The notes under the pieces are model-generated. The model searched no databases. It saw only the letters and a program-made list of their open reading frames with translations, and was not told where the DNA came from. From the NCBI GenBank assembly GCA_964057225.1, contig OZ059900.1:9238001-9302000 (forward strand): 64,000 nt of DNA. The letters are read 5' to 3'. Positions within the stretch are counted from its first letter, which is position 1. Each line of letters opens with the position of its first letter. This document shows positions 40,231 through 52,900 of this stretch, in pieces. The stretch comes from Auanema rhodensis (lineage: Eukaryota; Animalia; Nematoda). The translations under genes were made by a program, and so were the position numbers.

Positions 40231-41240
40231 TTGAAAGTGAAAATGTGACTGAAAACATTTTGCAATATTGCTTATTTCAAAAAATAGAAATTAAGCTGTA
40301 GAATTTTTTAATTTTTTAATTATTTGTTCTTGAAGCTCCGATTATGAAATATTTTTTCTATTGCTATTGTTCCAATATTCTATTCAAGTATTACTATATT
40401 TCTAAAGTTTCCTCTGTTTTTTATAATCCTAATCTTTCAATTAAAAACTGAAAAACAGTTTTTTTCTATTTGAAAACAGTAGAACATATATTTGGAAAAA
40501 ATTCAAAACTTTAAAAAATTTTTTTTTTAAAACTACGAGCTCTGTACATATTCACTTCTAACATTTTGATTTCTTTTTTGTTTACATTTTTTTATAATAC
40601 TTTCTGTTAGAAACCATAGCAGGTAGCTTTATGCTATACAGCAAACATTATTTCAAAATAGTTCGTTTCATCTATTTGCTCTGTTCTCTGTCACCTTTTA
40701 TGTATACTACTTTTTGATTTTTTTTCCTTTTTTCAAAAGTGAATATAATCATTTTCATTGATTTTATGAGAAAAAATTTCTACAAACATTTTGATTTTGA
40801 TTTCAAAATCAGTTTCTTTTATACGATTTTTTTGTTTTTCATTTCTCAAAGTTCAATATATTGTTCAAAAGGTCATTGCGTACATTTTGTTCTTTCAAAG
40901 CAAATATGAATTTTTTTGAAGAATATAAGGATATTTGATATTTAATTTGTATATAAATGAATGGAAGAAAAACTAAAACATAAACAATTTGTCGCTTATA
41001 AACAAGGTGACCTCGGCCTTATTTCTATATTGATTTTTGGTAAATCTCGCGCTCTAGCGCTAAATGCGTGACACAAACAACAGCTTTTTGCTCTTTTCAG
41101 TTCTCAATCAATAAATAAATTTATCCATCTTAAAATAGTCATTATTAATGTTTTAGACGTATTCTATAACTATTGGCTTATATTTTAATAAATATTGTCT
41201 GATGCAAGTAAAATATAATTAGTGTGTATAATCAATTATA

Positions 41241-43696
41241 ATGGCTTCCAAGTTATCTCGTTGTTCACGGTTCAGGTAATCTTAATTAATATTTGATTAT
41301 TTCAAATTAATTTATTAAAGGGATGATATTGCTACAATTTTTGATGTATTAGTTGAAGTAACAGCACCAACGGAAAATGATTTACCGATTATTTTAACTA
41401 AATTCCCTGAAGATTTCAACGATGAACTAATTCTTAAGAGTGTACGTGAATTCTCGTTTCCAATAAAAAATGATAAGTAAGAACTTAAATGACAAGTATC
41501 AACTATATACGATCAATTAATTACAGATATAGTGTTGAAGCCGTTCAACTTTTTTGTTTTGTTTTAACTGATTCACATTCAAAATATACATTTGGTTTTT
41601 GTCGTTTTTCGCCTCGTAACAAGACGTGTCTATGTGTTTTAAGGTATTCTTTATCATTTTTTCTGGAAATAGTTTGTATTCTTATTTAACAGTGGTTTAC
41701 AATGGCCAGGATTTTTCCATAAACTTTTAAATGTTTTGTCTGTAATGACAATACATAATCATGTATGTTTTATATTTTTTAAGAAAATTATTTTCTTTAT
41801 TTATAGGATGATGAATTTAATAAATTGTTAAATCGTATCTATCACACCGATCTTCCCGGTGCTGGAGAAAAATTAAGTTTCCCTTATGGTCCCGGATCGA
41901 ATGTATAGCTTTCATGAAGTTTTATTTTCACTTTGTTTTTTTTTTCAGATTCTCCAATTTACCATACCAGATTCAAATGTACCATTGAATCTTCAAGAAG
42001 ATAAATTTATGTTAGAATTTGTAAATGCTTTAACTGCAAAGCAAATGATTGCTCTCTATGCTAGGTTAGTTTGTTCTCATATTTGAACTCTATTCATTTT
42101 ATTTTAGCATATTAAAAGAACGACGTATAATATTTACTGGTAGAAAATTAGGTGAAATAAGTAGTTGTGTATGTGCCATGGCAACATTATTATATCCAAT
42201 GTATTGGTAAGATTAAAAAAAATTCAAAAAAGATTTTGTTGTTTTTTCTCTTTCAGGCAAGGTATTTTCATACCTGTTTTGCCTGAACATCTTGCTGATA
42301 TGTTAATGGCTCCAATGCCATTTCTCATTGGTGTACCCAAACAAGTTATGCAGAAATTTGTGAGTTTTTGTATTCTTTGAGAACGCTTGGAAAAGTTTAT
42401 TCATTTTTAGAGCTCTGAAGAACTCGGTGAAATTGTGATAGTAGATTTGGATGATAGAAGTTTACAAAGTTCTGTTGACGATACAGCATTGCTTCCAAAC
42501 GAAGTATAATTTTAAATATTTTACGAAAAATATAAAATTCTTCTTTTTTTTTAGATTGTTTCATATCTCAAGAATGCTTTAAGTAAGACAAGTAATCTTG
42601 GAAATTCTATAGCCAAAGCGTTTTTGAGAACTAATTCAATGCTATTTGGAGGTTATCGAATGGGATTTACTCGCAATGAATCGACTGGAGTGAGTTCTAG
42701 TTGTGTATTGCATTAGCAATGAGATATAATTTGCAGAATATAACGTGGGACAGAGAAAAGTGGTTGCAATGCCAAAAGCCAAGTCAGCGATCATTTTTAA
42801 ATGCTATTTCGGGCATAGACGGCGTTCAATATTTGGAAAGAGTGTGTAATCATTTCTAATCTTTTCACCGCTTTCCTGTTTCTAGTTTGTTGATGTTAGA
42901 CTAAAGGAGATGAATGCTGGGTTAGCGTTTTCCGACGTATTCGATAATGACGTATGAACATAGAGTATTAGATAGCTGAAAATAATTATTTTTAGATTGA
43001 AAAAGGGGATAACGATTTATTAGCTAGTTTAAGAGGAAAAGTTTCTGGGATTCAGGTATTGAACTATAATTTTAGGCCTTCTTAATACTTGATATATAGA
43101 TTGCCAGTAAGCTAAACAAGTTAGCTCCTAGAGAACATCTCAGAAAAGTGCGGCGGTGGCCTCAGCAGCATGAAAGTCGTAAATCTTTTGATGTACAATC
43201 ATTCGAGAATGCAAGGCACATTCCAGTGGTAAAATATTTCTTTTTTTTTGGAATCTCATGGTTAAGTTTAGTCCGATTCACGAGGTAGTCCTGACAATAT
43301 CTCAGTTAATAGCTGCTCATCAGACCTCAGAAACGCATTTGTTCCTGTCGCCAAACTTATAGACTTTGACGAGCCAGAAACATCATCTTCAGTAAGACCC
43401 CTTGTAACATATATTTGTTTGAAATCGCTTTTCAGGCGCCGGGATCAAGATCACAATCGCAAACAAGGTTCTCAGCATTCCCAAGCCCTCCAACAATGAC
43501 TTCGCAATTCAAATCAGCAAGTAATTTGCTTGACAATTCTAGTTCGATAATGTGAGTAGCTAAACTTTGAAAAACGAAAAAAATATGTTTTAGTATGAGG
43601 CCAGTGTCAGATGGAATGCAAACTACTAGTCAAATCAATGCTCAGCACCCCAAAATAACACGAACTCCCCCGACTGGCTGGGTAAGGTTCGATTAA
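41241..43696 (+). CDS. rme-4: DENN-domain Rab35 GEF, DENND1/connecdenn orthologue
   Basis: uDENN (ILTKFPEDFNDELILKSVREFSFP; FCFVLTDSHSKYTFGFCR); DENN ([59 protein letters not shown]); dDENN (AFLRTNSMLFGGYR); tail with LIDFD and terminal GWVRFD*. Confidence 0.92.
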
Positions 43697-44305
43697 AGTC
43701 CCATACTCTCATAGGTGCATATTACTCAATCATTATATCTTCGCGAAAAATTCTTGTCACTTTTTCAACTGACTAGTCACGTTTGCTGTCATTCCGTTAA
43801 TGTCGTCATGAATGTAGTATGTAAGAAGTTTTTATAATATGAATATAACTTTTTTTTCAAATAAGAGGCTCAGATAATATATTTATATTTCAGTTTAATT
43901 ATGTAATATTGATAGTTATGTGTTTATGGGGAATAAAGTTTTCCATTTCAAATTCTATTTTTAAAACCCAGTTCAACGTTTTATTCGTTGCATTTGATTA
44001 TACCTACTTCTGCTATTCTTTGCTTACTTATCGTTTTTCGATTTTTTATTGCTATTTTCGTTTCAATTACTAATATACTTTATTACAGATCAAACAATGC
44101 TAAAAAAGGAAAGAATGCTCAATTCCGTCTTTGCATTAATATGAAAACTGTACATGGCTATGCGTATGCTCGAAATTAGGGACATTACTACAACCATAAC
44201 TACGATGGTTAAACTGACACACTACGGAAAAAAACTGAATGTTATTAGGAAGATGAATAGAAATGTTATATTATTCAAAAGAATGTTTCTTACATATGTC
44301 AACAA

Positions 44306-44593
44306 CTATTTTTGAGGGGGTTGTGGTGGCTGCTGAGGATGCTGATTCTGGTGAGGTTGATGATGATGTCTCTTTGCGAAAACGTACAGACAGTACCAGC
44401 GTGACAGAAAGACAATGGTTACCAGAAACCAGTAGAAAATGATCATCTTGATGGCTAATATGAAAATAAGCATTTTTTCTATTGTTAGTCATTAGAGCAT
44501 ACTTTTAAGCATGTTTCGATTCCGTCTCTCCTCATCATCTTGTTCGTTGACATCTTCAATAGCATCAAGATAGAGAAAACGTGGGCGAATCAT
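44306..44593 (-). CDS. Putative 79-aa single-pass membrane microprotein (two exons; may have upstream exons)
   Basis: Exons 44593-44503 and 44454-44306, joined by a 48-nt GT-AG intron, give MIRPRFLYLDAIEDVNEQDDEERRNRNMLKTIKMIIFYWFLVTIVFLSRWYCLYVFAKRHHHQPHQNQHPQQPPQPPQK*. A tctttcag acceptor lies just upstream. Confidence 0.55.
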
Positions 44594-47500
44594 ATTGAAA
44601 GCTTGTTCGAAATCGTCAAACCCTGAAAGATTTTTGTAATTTTTTTAGAGCGAAGCAAAACAGAAAATAAAGAAAGCATTAGTAAACATTGAACGTACTC
44701 TGAAAATTATAAAAAGCGCGTGAGCTAAATAAGAAGAAAGGATAACAAATGCTAGTACAATGAAGTTTTGATTTGTGAGAACCTTTCGTCGTGTATAAAT
44801 GTATTTATATAAGCTCATTGAGGGATGGACTTGATATATGTCAAAGATATTTGTAATTCAATAAACGTCTTGAAGGCTCTAGTCATGCATGTCTTTGGTT
44901 GAAGCCTGAATGCAATGTAATATATTCTGATAATCCTCAAATCTCAATCGAGCTACATACACTTTAAGAAATGCGGCCAACGATGAGAAATTAATCAATT
45001 GCATTAGCGTGTATGAAAAAGGTTTCGTAAGCCAATGTGAGTTGTCAAATGCATTTAGTACAAAATAAATGCAAAGATGCTAAAGCTGCTTTTAATTGAA
45101 TTTAATATGAGGATAAGGAGTTCTCACGTTTTAAATTTTAGTTTTGATGCGCAACGCACAAGCTGTAGACTTGTACAAAACATATTTATATGTTAATAAT
45201 TGAAGTAAGCTTATGCGCATGGCATGTAGAAAAAAGGAAATTAGATGTAATATAAGCTTTGACGAGATATAGCGGATGAGAGAGAGAGGAGTTAATTCGA
45301 ATTGTGGTTTGAGGATAATGCCTGGTATATCTACTGTTTGAAATGTAATCCGTGCTACAGCAGGGATTACGCTATGAGTCCAATGAAGGTTTCAAAGTTA
45401 TTCAAACTAATGTTGACGATCAAGCTTTAGTTATTTATATATATAATATTTCAAAAACTTTGTGTGAAGACTTAGAAGGGTTGTAGGAAGAAATAACATA
45501 TGATGATCGGTTTTCTAGTATTTTCGGCAAAAAATTGTGTACTGGAGTTGGTATGTACTAGTATTAGTCCAAATATGAAATACCAAAAGAAAAAAGGGTA
45601 TTTGCTGTCCATAATGATGCTAAAAACGTGCAATGAATTGAAATACTCTTCCGGGTCTTAACTAAATTAAGATAGCGAATAGTGAGATAACATGTGATCC
45701 TGTCCTAAATTGAAAAAGATAGCAGATTAAGACAATAAGATTACTACTCTGCTGATCGAAAGGATCAGTAAAGTTTGCACGAGTTGTTTAGTTCATAAAT
45801 ATTCATGCGAAACCATTATTCTGAATTACATAAGCTTTTTTTGATGCTGAAACGTCGAAATGTCTTTTCTTTGTTATAGAAAAAAATTAAGAAAAGAAAC
45901 GATGGGATAAAAGGTATAGATTGAAGATTACTAGTTTTTAAAACTGCCAAAGTTGGCAAGTATGTGAGATAATATGTAATATGAAAGAAAACTTAGAAGT
46001 AAATGAGATGCGTTGTGGAAATGGGCTGGAACGCTAAGACCGAAATCGAAATGTGTACGTGAAAATAATCGTTTTAAAAGTTATTTAGCAGAAGCACTCC
46101 AAACAAGAATATACTTAGAGTTTCTGATCGTTTGACTACTTTTAAGAAGACCTTTATATGGAAGTGATGTGTGAAAGTTGTTTGTCCTGACCCGCGTGTT
46201 GAATGAATTTGATTTGTCAGCTTCATCTAAGAGATATATAATCCTGGCAAATTTGAATGCAGCTGTGCTATTTGGGTTGTATGTATAATTAGGAATAGTA
46301 AAGAGAATACTTGAAAAGCAGCAAGAGATCACGGGAATGACTCTTGAATGAAAGCATGTAGGTATGTAATAAGCGCAGCTCCAATATTAATGAAATGCGA
46401 CTAGGCTCGTGCGTATAACTGCTCATTATAAGGGAAAGGGGGGGGGGGTTTATTAAGTAAACCGACTGCACATTCATAATCCGGAAAGTATGTATTTACT
46501 TCCTTATTAAAATTAGTTTTGGATGTTGAAATGCAAGCATATAGAGTGTTCCTCATGACGATATACTACAATCAAACTGAATTTATCCGTTTAACTTTGA
46601 ATTTAATTTCGATAGCAAATTTGGCAGAGTTAGGCTCACCTTGTTAGTTTATTATTATAATTTTTTTTGGAAAAATTAAACAACAAAGAAGAAGACGGAT
46701 AATAAATCAGCGCAGATGTTCATCTTGTTTCTCCGAAACTTTTCATTTCCTTATTAACCTTTTTTTTTCATCGTTGGTATATGAACAGCAAAAAGGTTGT
46801 TCAGGAATCTGCAGAATAATGATGAAAAACAGGGCTGCAAACTCAGTTAAAGTCAGACATGTGAAGCAAAAACGATTCATTGATTAAATGACTATCTAGG
46901 ATAATTGGATGAGATAACCTTGAAAAAGCAATGAAATATTCGAAAAGTCAGAAGATATATCGAAAAGTCACACAAAACAATCATCATAGTTAAATGCAAA
47001 ATTATTTTGCAATCTATCTGTATCTTTTTTCTCTTTCAATCTTTTACTATCTCTTTTTGCCAGTCTACATATCGCTATTAGAATAATATATCCCAATATA
47101 CAAGAATTAATATTAATGTAATATTTTTGAATATTTACAGCATTTATTTACAAGCCCATAAATTATATACATTTATGCAATGACAAGATATGCTGATTAG
47201 TTTGTTCTACATATAACACGGTATTCAATTTGTCCTTTTCAAGTTTCAAACATCATATCAAATTTCACATGTTTTACTTCAAGATAGTAAGATACCCAGA
47301 TAAAGCTGACGTTGAAGTTATATAATTTTTTTCACTATTTTTTACTAATATCATGGAAAATTGAACGCAATGAACTTTATTATAAAAGGTTACATTCATA
47401 TAATATACTTAAGCAGTTAGTAAAATGTTGTTGAGCGATTTTATGAGATTATGAGCTTTATCAACCTTCCCGCATCTTTTGTCTGGGTATTAGCAAAAAA

Positions 47501-48382
47501 ATTAAAAATTTGCCTAAAAGCTCAGGATGTTCATACTTTGATTTTATGAAATATTTGGCATTTTTACGTCGTTCATCCAATTTATTAATAAAATACTGAT
47601 TATGATTTCCGTTTTAATTCCAGCCAATTTCCTCTAAAGGCCGAGGGATATTAAGAATTATTCCAAAAATAATTTTTTTACCGAATCAAAAAGGTTTACG
47701 TAATTCATTGATGTGCGTAATCTCATCACAGGACCTAATCTCAAGTAATTCTCTATTTAAATATAATTTTTAGTTCTCTCTATGTGAATTAATTTCCATT
47801 CTTCTATATTTTGCATATAAACCTAAAGCACATGTATGTTGCCTGCAAGAGTGCTCTAAACAAATGCAGATTTCACTTAAAATGAAAAATGTCTATTTGA
47901 GATGCTTCTATCTGAATTCAAATTCTTTACCCTTTTATCCTGTAAATAATAGAGCTGCTGCGGTTTTCTAATACTTCTTTTATACTATTTTTCACTCTTT
48001 TCTTTATCAATTTTATATTTTCCGATCAAACTACAAAAAAATGAAAAAAATTTGATGACCTAATCATAATCTTAATTGTCATCCAATTTTTTCAGTTCAC
48101 ATAGCTTTTGTTTGAATAATGTCATCTACAATTGTTCCGTATTTTTTTTTGGCAAATTATGCAGAGCAGACAATGCTGACAGTTATTGAGGAAATATTGC
48201 CGGCACTTACCACTTGATTGTTCACTGATGCTTTTTTTCTTTTTTTTTAGGTTTCCCGTATGTTTTATTCAAATTTAGAATAGTTTTTTATATTGTTTTT
48301 CTCACAGATAATGCATATGCTAATCTGATTTTTTTTTTACAAAAGTGCAAGTTTTATAGCATAAGTATTGCAGGCAGTCATA

Positions 48383-49568
48383 ATGTTTCCTGTTCTCTTT
48401 GTTAACAAAATCGATGAGGAAATTCCTTTAGAAGTAAGATTACCCATTTTAATTAATCTATTTGACTGCAAATTTTAGACTTTTCTTAGCAGTCGTGAAT
48501 TTGATCCTTCATTAAAGCAACTTGAGAAAGCTTTACTTAATTGCTGCCCAGGCTGTACATGTGAAGGTTATCCTTATCTAATGAAACAGACAGATAGTTA
48601 AATAATGTTCAGATAATTGTATGGATAGTTCAAAATGTGAATGCCAGAAAACAACTGTGAACATAGCGAAAGGTTTTAGGCCTGAACTGACTGATTCATC
48701 ATTAATGAGGTATGAATTAAACCAACAAGAATATATTGTCATACAATTACAGATATAATAATCGAAAGCTGACACTCCCTCTTCGTACGGGTTTATTCGA
48801 GTGCAATAAAAACTGTAAATGTCAGTGGAATATTTGTCCTAACCGTGTTGTTCAGCTGCCTTTTAGCTATCAAGTTCCTGTTACGGTATGAGTTTTATTT
48901 TACTTTTTGTTCTTAATTGAAGCTGAGCTAAGGTTCGCCGTACTCCAATACACTGGGAACTCTGCGCTACAAGTGATATACCAGCCGGAACTTTCATTTT
49001 TAACTACCTTGGCGTGGTGCACGCAAGTGATACAATGCTTCAAGAAGATATGCGTCCTCCAAACTGTTTGAGATTAGACTTGGCGTATAAGGTTTGCTTT
49101 TATATGCTCTGAAACTTGAAAGTAAACTCAAGGATTCTATTTTTAGTTTGCAAAGAATATCTCTAGTTCTCAAGAGAAGATAAAAGAATGGTTAGCATAT
49201 CAAATTAGTATATTATCATGATAACTATAATATTTAGCTTTGAAAGTGAAGAAGTTTCTCAATTTATGTTGAATGAAAACAATATGTTCTACATTCGAGG
49301 TGGGTTGAAAGGAAATGTTGGACAGTAAGTGGAAAACTTCAAAAAAATGATTATTAGTGAACTTTACTCAACAGATTTATGAGTTATTCTCCCCAGCCTA
49401 ATATGAGAAAAGAATACGTGTTTGTTGACACTCATGACTTTCGTTTTCCATGGCTATCTTTCTTTGCAAATCGAGATATCGAGGCAGATGAGGTATAGTA
49501 TAGATATAATTCGTTTAATTTTGTATATTTTCCCAATTTTTCAGCCACTAACATATGACTTCAAATGA
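48383..49568 (+). CDS. SETDB1/MET-2-like pre-SET + SET protein, divergent, no post-SET domain
   Basis: Spliced: MFPVLFVNKIDEEIPLE|TFLSSREF...CCPGCTCE|DNCMDSSKCECQKTT...|YNNRKLTLPLRTGLFECNKNCKCQWNICPNRVVQ...|VRRTPIHWELCATSDIPAGTFIFNYLGVV...|...GNVG|QFMSYSPQPNMRKEYVFVDTHDFRFPWLSFFANRDIEADE|PLTYDFK*. The VFVDTHDxRFPW motif is characteristic of SETDB1. The start codon is uncertain. Confidence 0.85.
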
Positions 49569-49984
49569 TTAAACTGGAAAAGTTTTAAAACAAGATACAA
49601 AAAATAATATAAAGAATGTAATTCATTGAAAAAAGAATTTATTATTAATTATATCAAAAAGCATAGTATGTATGTAGTTTGGACAATATAATTTCTTATT
49701 TAACACTATGATCTCTCATTAGTACTAACTCAATACTTAGTTTTTGTTTTTTGCTTATTCAATAAACTTTAGTTTTAATTTTTCTGTTAAAAATGAAATG
49801 TGGATATGAGTTTAAACAAAAAAAAAACAAGAGCTGCTTCAATGAATGTTGTTTTATCGAAAAAAAGTGGAAAAGTTCACGAGAAATTATGTGGTTGGGC
49901 GGAGTCTAGCTATTCAACTGACACTTACAACCACTGAAACAGCTGTGGCTACAATATACAGAACTAGTGGTAGTTTTTTTGTCA

Positions 49985-51267
49985 ATGGAGACGGCGGATT
50001 ATGATCAGAATATGGATTCAACTGAAGATGGTGAGTGTTTCTCATTTCTCTGTTTAAAAATTATTTATTCTAACCGTAATGCTGAAAAATTGATATATTT
50101 TGATTTTTTTTACAAAAGTTCAAGTTTTATCAAAAACTTTTTTTAAAATCATAACAGAAAATGCTTTTATTTGTGATAATTTAATATGAAACATTATAGG
50201 AAGAAAAAGACGATGTCGAACAAACTTTACTGAAGCTCAATCCGTATTTTTGGAACAAACATTTCAAGAATCACATTATCCAGATCAAGCAACTAAAAAG
50301 ATTCTTTCTGATAAACTGGGAATTCCTGAAGATCGTATAACGGTAACCTTTCTATTAACATTTTCAAATTCGTTGGTTTCTTGCTATCAGATATCATTCT
50401 AATTTTTTTTAAATTAAAAAAAAAACAAAAACATTTTGCGATCAACCTAAATTAATAAATTTGGATCTATGCTAGCTATTCTATCATATTGAATTATAAT
50501 GTTCAAAGTTTCTTATATTTTTTCATCAACCGAAGCATTGCAAAAACAGAAGTTGGAGAGGCGGAAATCGTTTCTTTACAGCTAAATGTGCTGGATTCCA
50601 CGAGCTATCGAGAATACGGGGACCTGTCCTAACATCTGGGGCCAGACACCAAAGTGTTGCGATTGGCACGGTATTATATTGCAATTTCTGCTGTTATCCC
50701 TGAATTTCACACGTGTTGCAAACATCCCATCGACATTTACAGCTTTTTGATCTCTTAGTAAAGCTAGTGTATTGGAAAAGGGGACTTTTTATTGCTCTTG
50801 TATAACCATGGGATTTTGGTAAATGAGCTCATATAAAGAGCTGCCGATGACCTTTCCCAGACCTAATAGCCAACTGCTACCAGTTGTAGAACTTGTATCC
50901 TAATCCTGTAACAGATGAAAAATACCAGCAAAATGGATATTAAAAAATACTGTCAGCGTTAAACTTCTGAAATAATAATGTTTTAACTTATAGCCTATTT
51001 GCAGGTTTGGTTTCAAAATCGTCGAGCGAAATGGAGACGTAAAGAACAGCGAGAACGCGTAAGTTTTCCTATTCAACTAAGCATATCTTTAAAATATATT
51101 TATTATAGAACATTCAAAACAATCAAGAAAAGCTCTATGCCAAAACATATCCTACAACAGATTCAATGACATCACATTATGATTACACACCCAGTGTTGA
51201 CACATTATATTCTAATTACTGTTATAGCAATAACTGTTATTTGGATAATGATCACAAAGAGCAGTGA
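49985..51267 (+). CDS. ceh-54: Paired-like (Q50) homeodomain transcription factor, CEH-54-like
   Basis: Exons 49985-50030, 50200-50342, 51005-51058 and 51109-51267. Homeodomain RKRRCRTNFTEAQSVFLEQTFQESHYPDQATKKILSDKLGIPEDRIT|VWFQNRRAKWRRKE. The homeobox call is secure; the symbol rests on the recalled ESHYPD/IPEDRITVWF signature. Confidence 0.85.
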
Positions 51268-52490
51268 ACTATTCTACTAATTGAAATGGAGCTTTGCATT
51301 TGTTTGGTTAATTATTTCGTATAAGTTAACAGCGTAGTTATTTAGCTCTTATCTGTATACTAACTTATATTATGAACTGTTTCTAAGATGATAGTTTCAA
51401 CTTATTTTCAAAACTTTTGAAATTATGATAGATAACGTGTACTATTTCTGATTATATTGGACTTTCTAGACTTATTCTCTATGATTGGAATAAATATCTT
51501 AAAATTTTGGAAAGAAAATTGAAAAATATTACAATTAATTGTCTCTTAAGCATTATTTGATTGTTTATTATATAGTGAAATGTATAGTTTATGATAATTT
51601 CTTTTTCAGATATAAAATTGAACCATGTGTTTAAAGAAAAAACAAAAATTAATTGTTTCTATATTTTTACATCATTATCAGAATGATTGAAACATTTTGA
51701 ATGCTTTGGAATTTCAAGAACACAGCTTCAACATAGCATCAATTGGAACTATTGTAAAATCCAGATGTTTCTTCTAAATACATTAAGAAGATGTTCTCTG
51801 GAATGTAGATGGTAAAATATCCGTTCGAAAATATAAATCAACACTAATTGAACATTTTGAGTGAGTAGTATAGAAAATGCAGCGCACCTTTTTGACTTAA
51901 TTCGAATCTGCACATTCCAGCCATTTTTATGCTTTTGCGAAGAGTAAATACTTATTTGCTGTCGTTCTTATTTTACAACTTGAGTTGAAAAGGCAAACAA
52001 CTACAACAGCAAGCTCCATACTATACCATTGAGCCATTCCAATATTTCGAAGAAGTAAGAAGTAAGACTCCTCAAGAGTTCTGGAAGAAAAATATTGATC
52101 GTTTCTAACACAATTTACAAAATGATCTTGAGCATCTGAATTTTCACTTTAATCTTGAAAATAAAAACTTTGTTTTCAATTTTTCATTACTTCCACTTAA
52201 GTTGCAGTGATTTCGAAAGAGAAAAATACGTTGCTTCGGTCTTAATCTAACCAGAGAGCTTTAACTGAAAGCATTTTCGCTTAATTTGACAAGATATTTT
52301 AAAATAAGAATAACATAGTTATATTATTTTTTTTAAACTTATTGTCTTAATAAACAAAAATTATAGCTAGTTATATGTACACTTAATCTATTGGTCTTTA
52401 TTCATTTTTATATTTATTTATTTATAGTTTATCATATATGTAGTATGAATTATCTTATTATATATTTTATATTTTATAGTTAATTCATAT

Positions 52491-52562
52491 AACATCTTAG
52501 TATAATGGTTGTATTTCAGTTATAGTAAGGTGCACTTGTAGGTTCAAATCCTACAGTGATAT
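52491..52562 (+). pseudogene. tRNA-derived module 1 (A box + B box), left arm
   Basis: 72 nt with canonical tRNA spacing: TA-GTAT-AATGGTT-GTAT D arm and GTAGG-TTCAAAT-CCTAC T arm. The acceptor and anticodon stems do not pair. Confidence 0.7.
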
Positions 52563-52605
52563 CAAAGAAAATTTAAAATATCTCTCTCTCTCTCTCTCTA
52601 ATATA

Positions 52606-52641
<36 letters not shown>

Positions 52642-52824
52642 AAATAGATAGATATCTCTATAATCAGACACTTGGCCAAGATACTACAGAACGGAGTTAA
52701 AGCTTCAAAAATCATAAAGAAAGTCTGGAATTCAAATTGATCTCGACTCCATTGTTTCGAAAAAGTTTTTATTTCAAATACTCTTGTCACTCTTCTTATT
52801 TGCGATTAAAACATTAATATTATA

Positions 52825-52900
52825 AGCCAAATGGTCGAGTGGTCTGTATGGTAAACGCTTACAATCGAATGTAAAGGTACGATCCCTTTCTGCATTTTTT
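52825..52900 (+). pseudogene. tRNA-derived module 2 (Val-TAC-like loop) with T6 terminator, left arm
   Basis: A box TGGTCGAGTGG, loop CTTACAA, T arm AAAGG-TACGATC-CCTTT, then TTTTTT. Acceptor and anticodon stems are degenerate. Confidence 0.65.

Noticed and set aside
52491-52900. Functional tRNA genes (Leu-TAG or Val-TAC)
   Set aside because: The acceptor and anticodon stems do not pair, so they are reported only as tRNA-derived modules.
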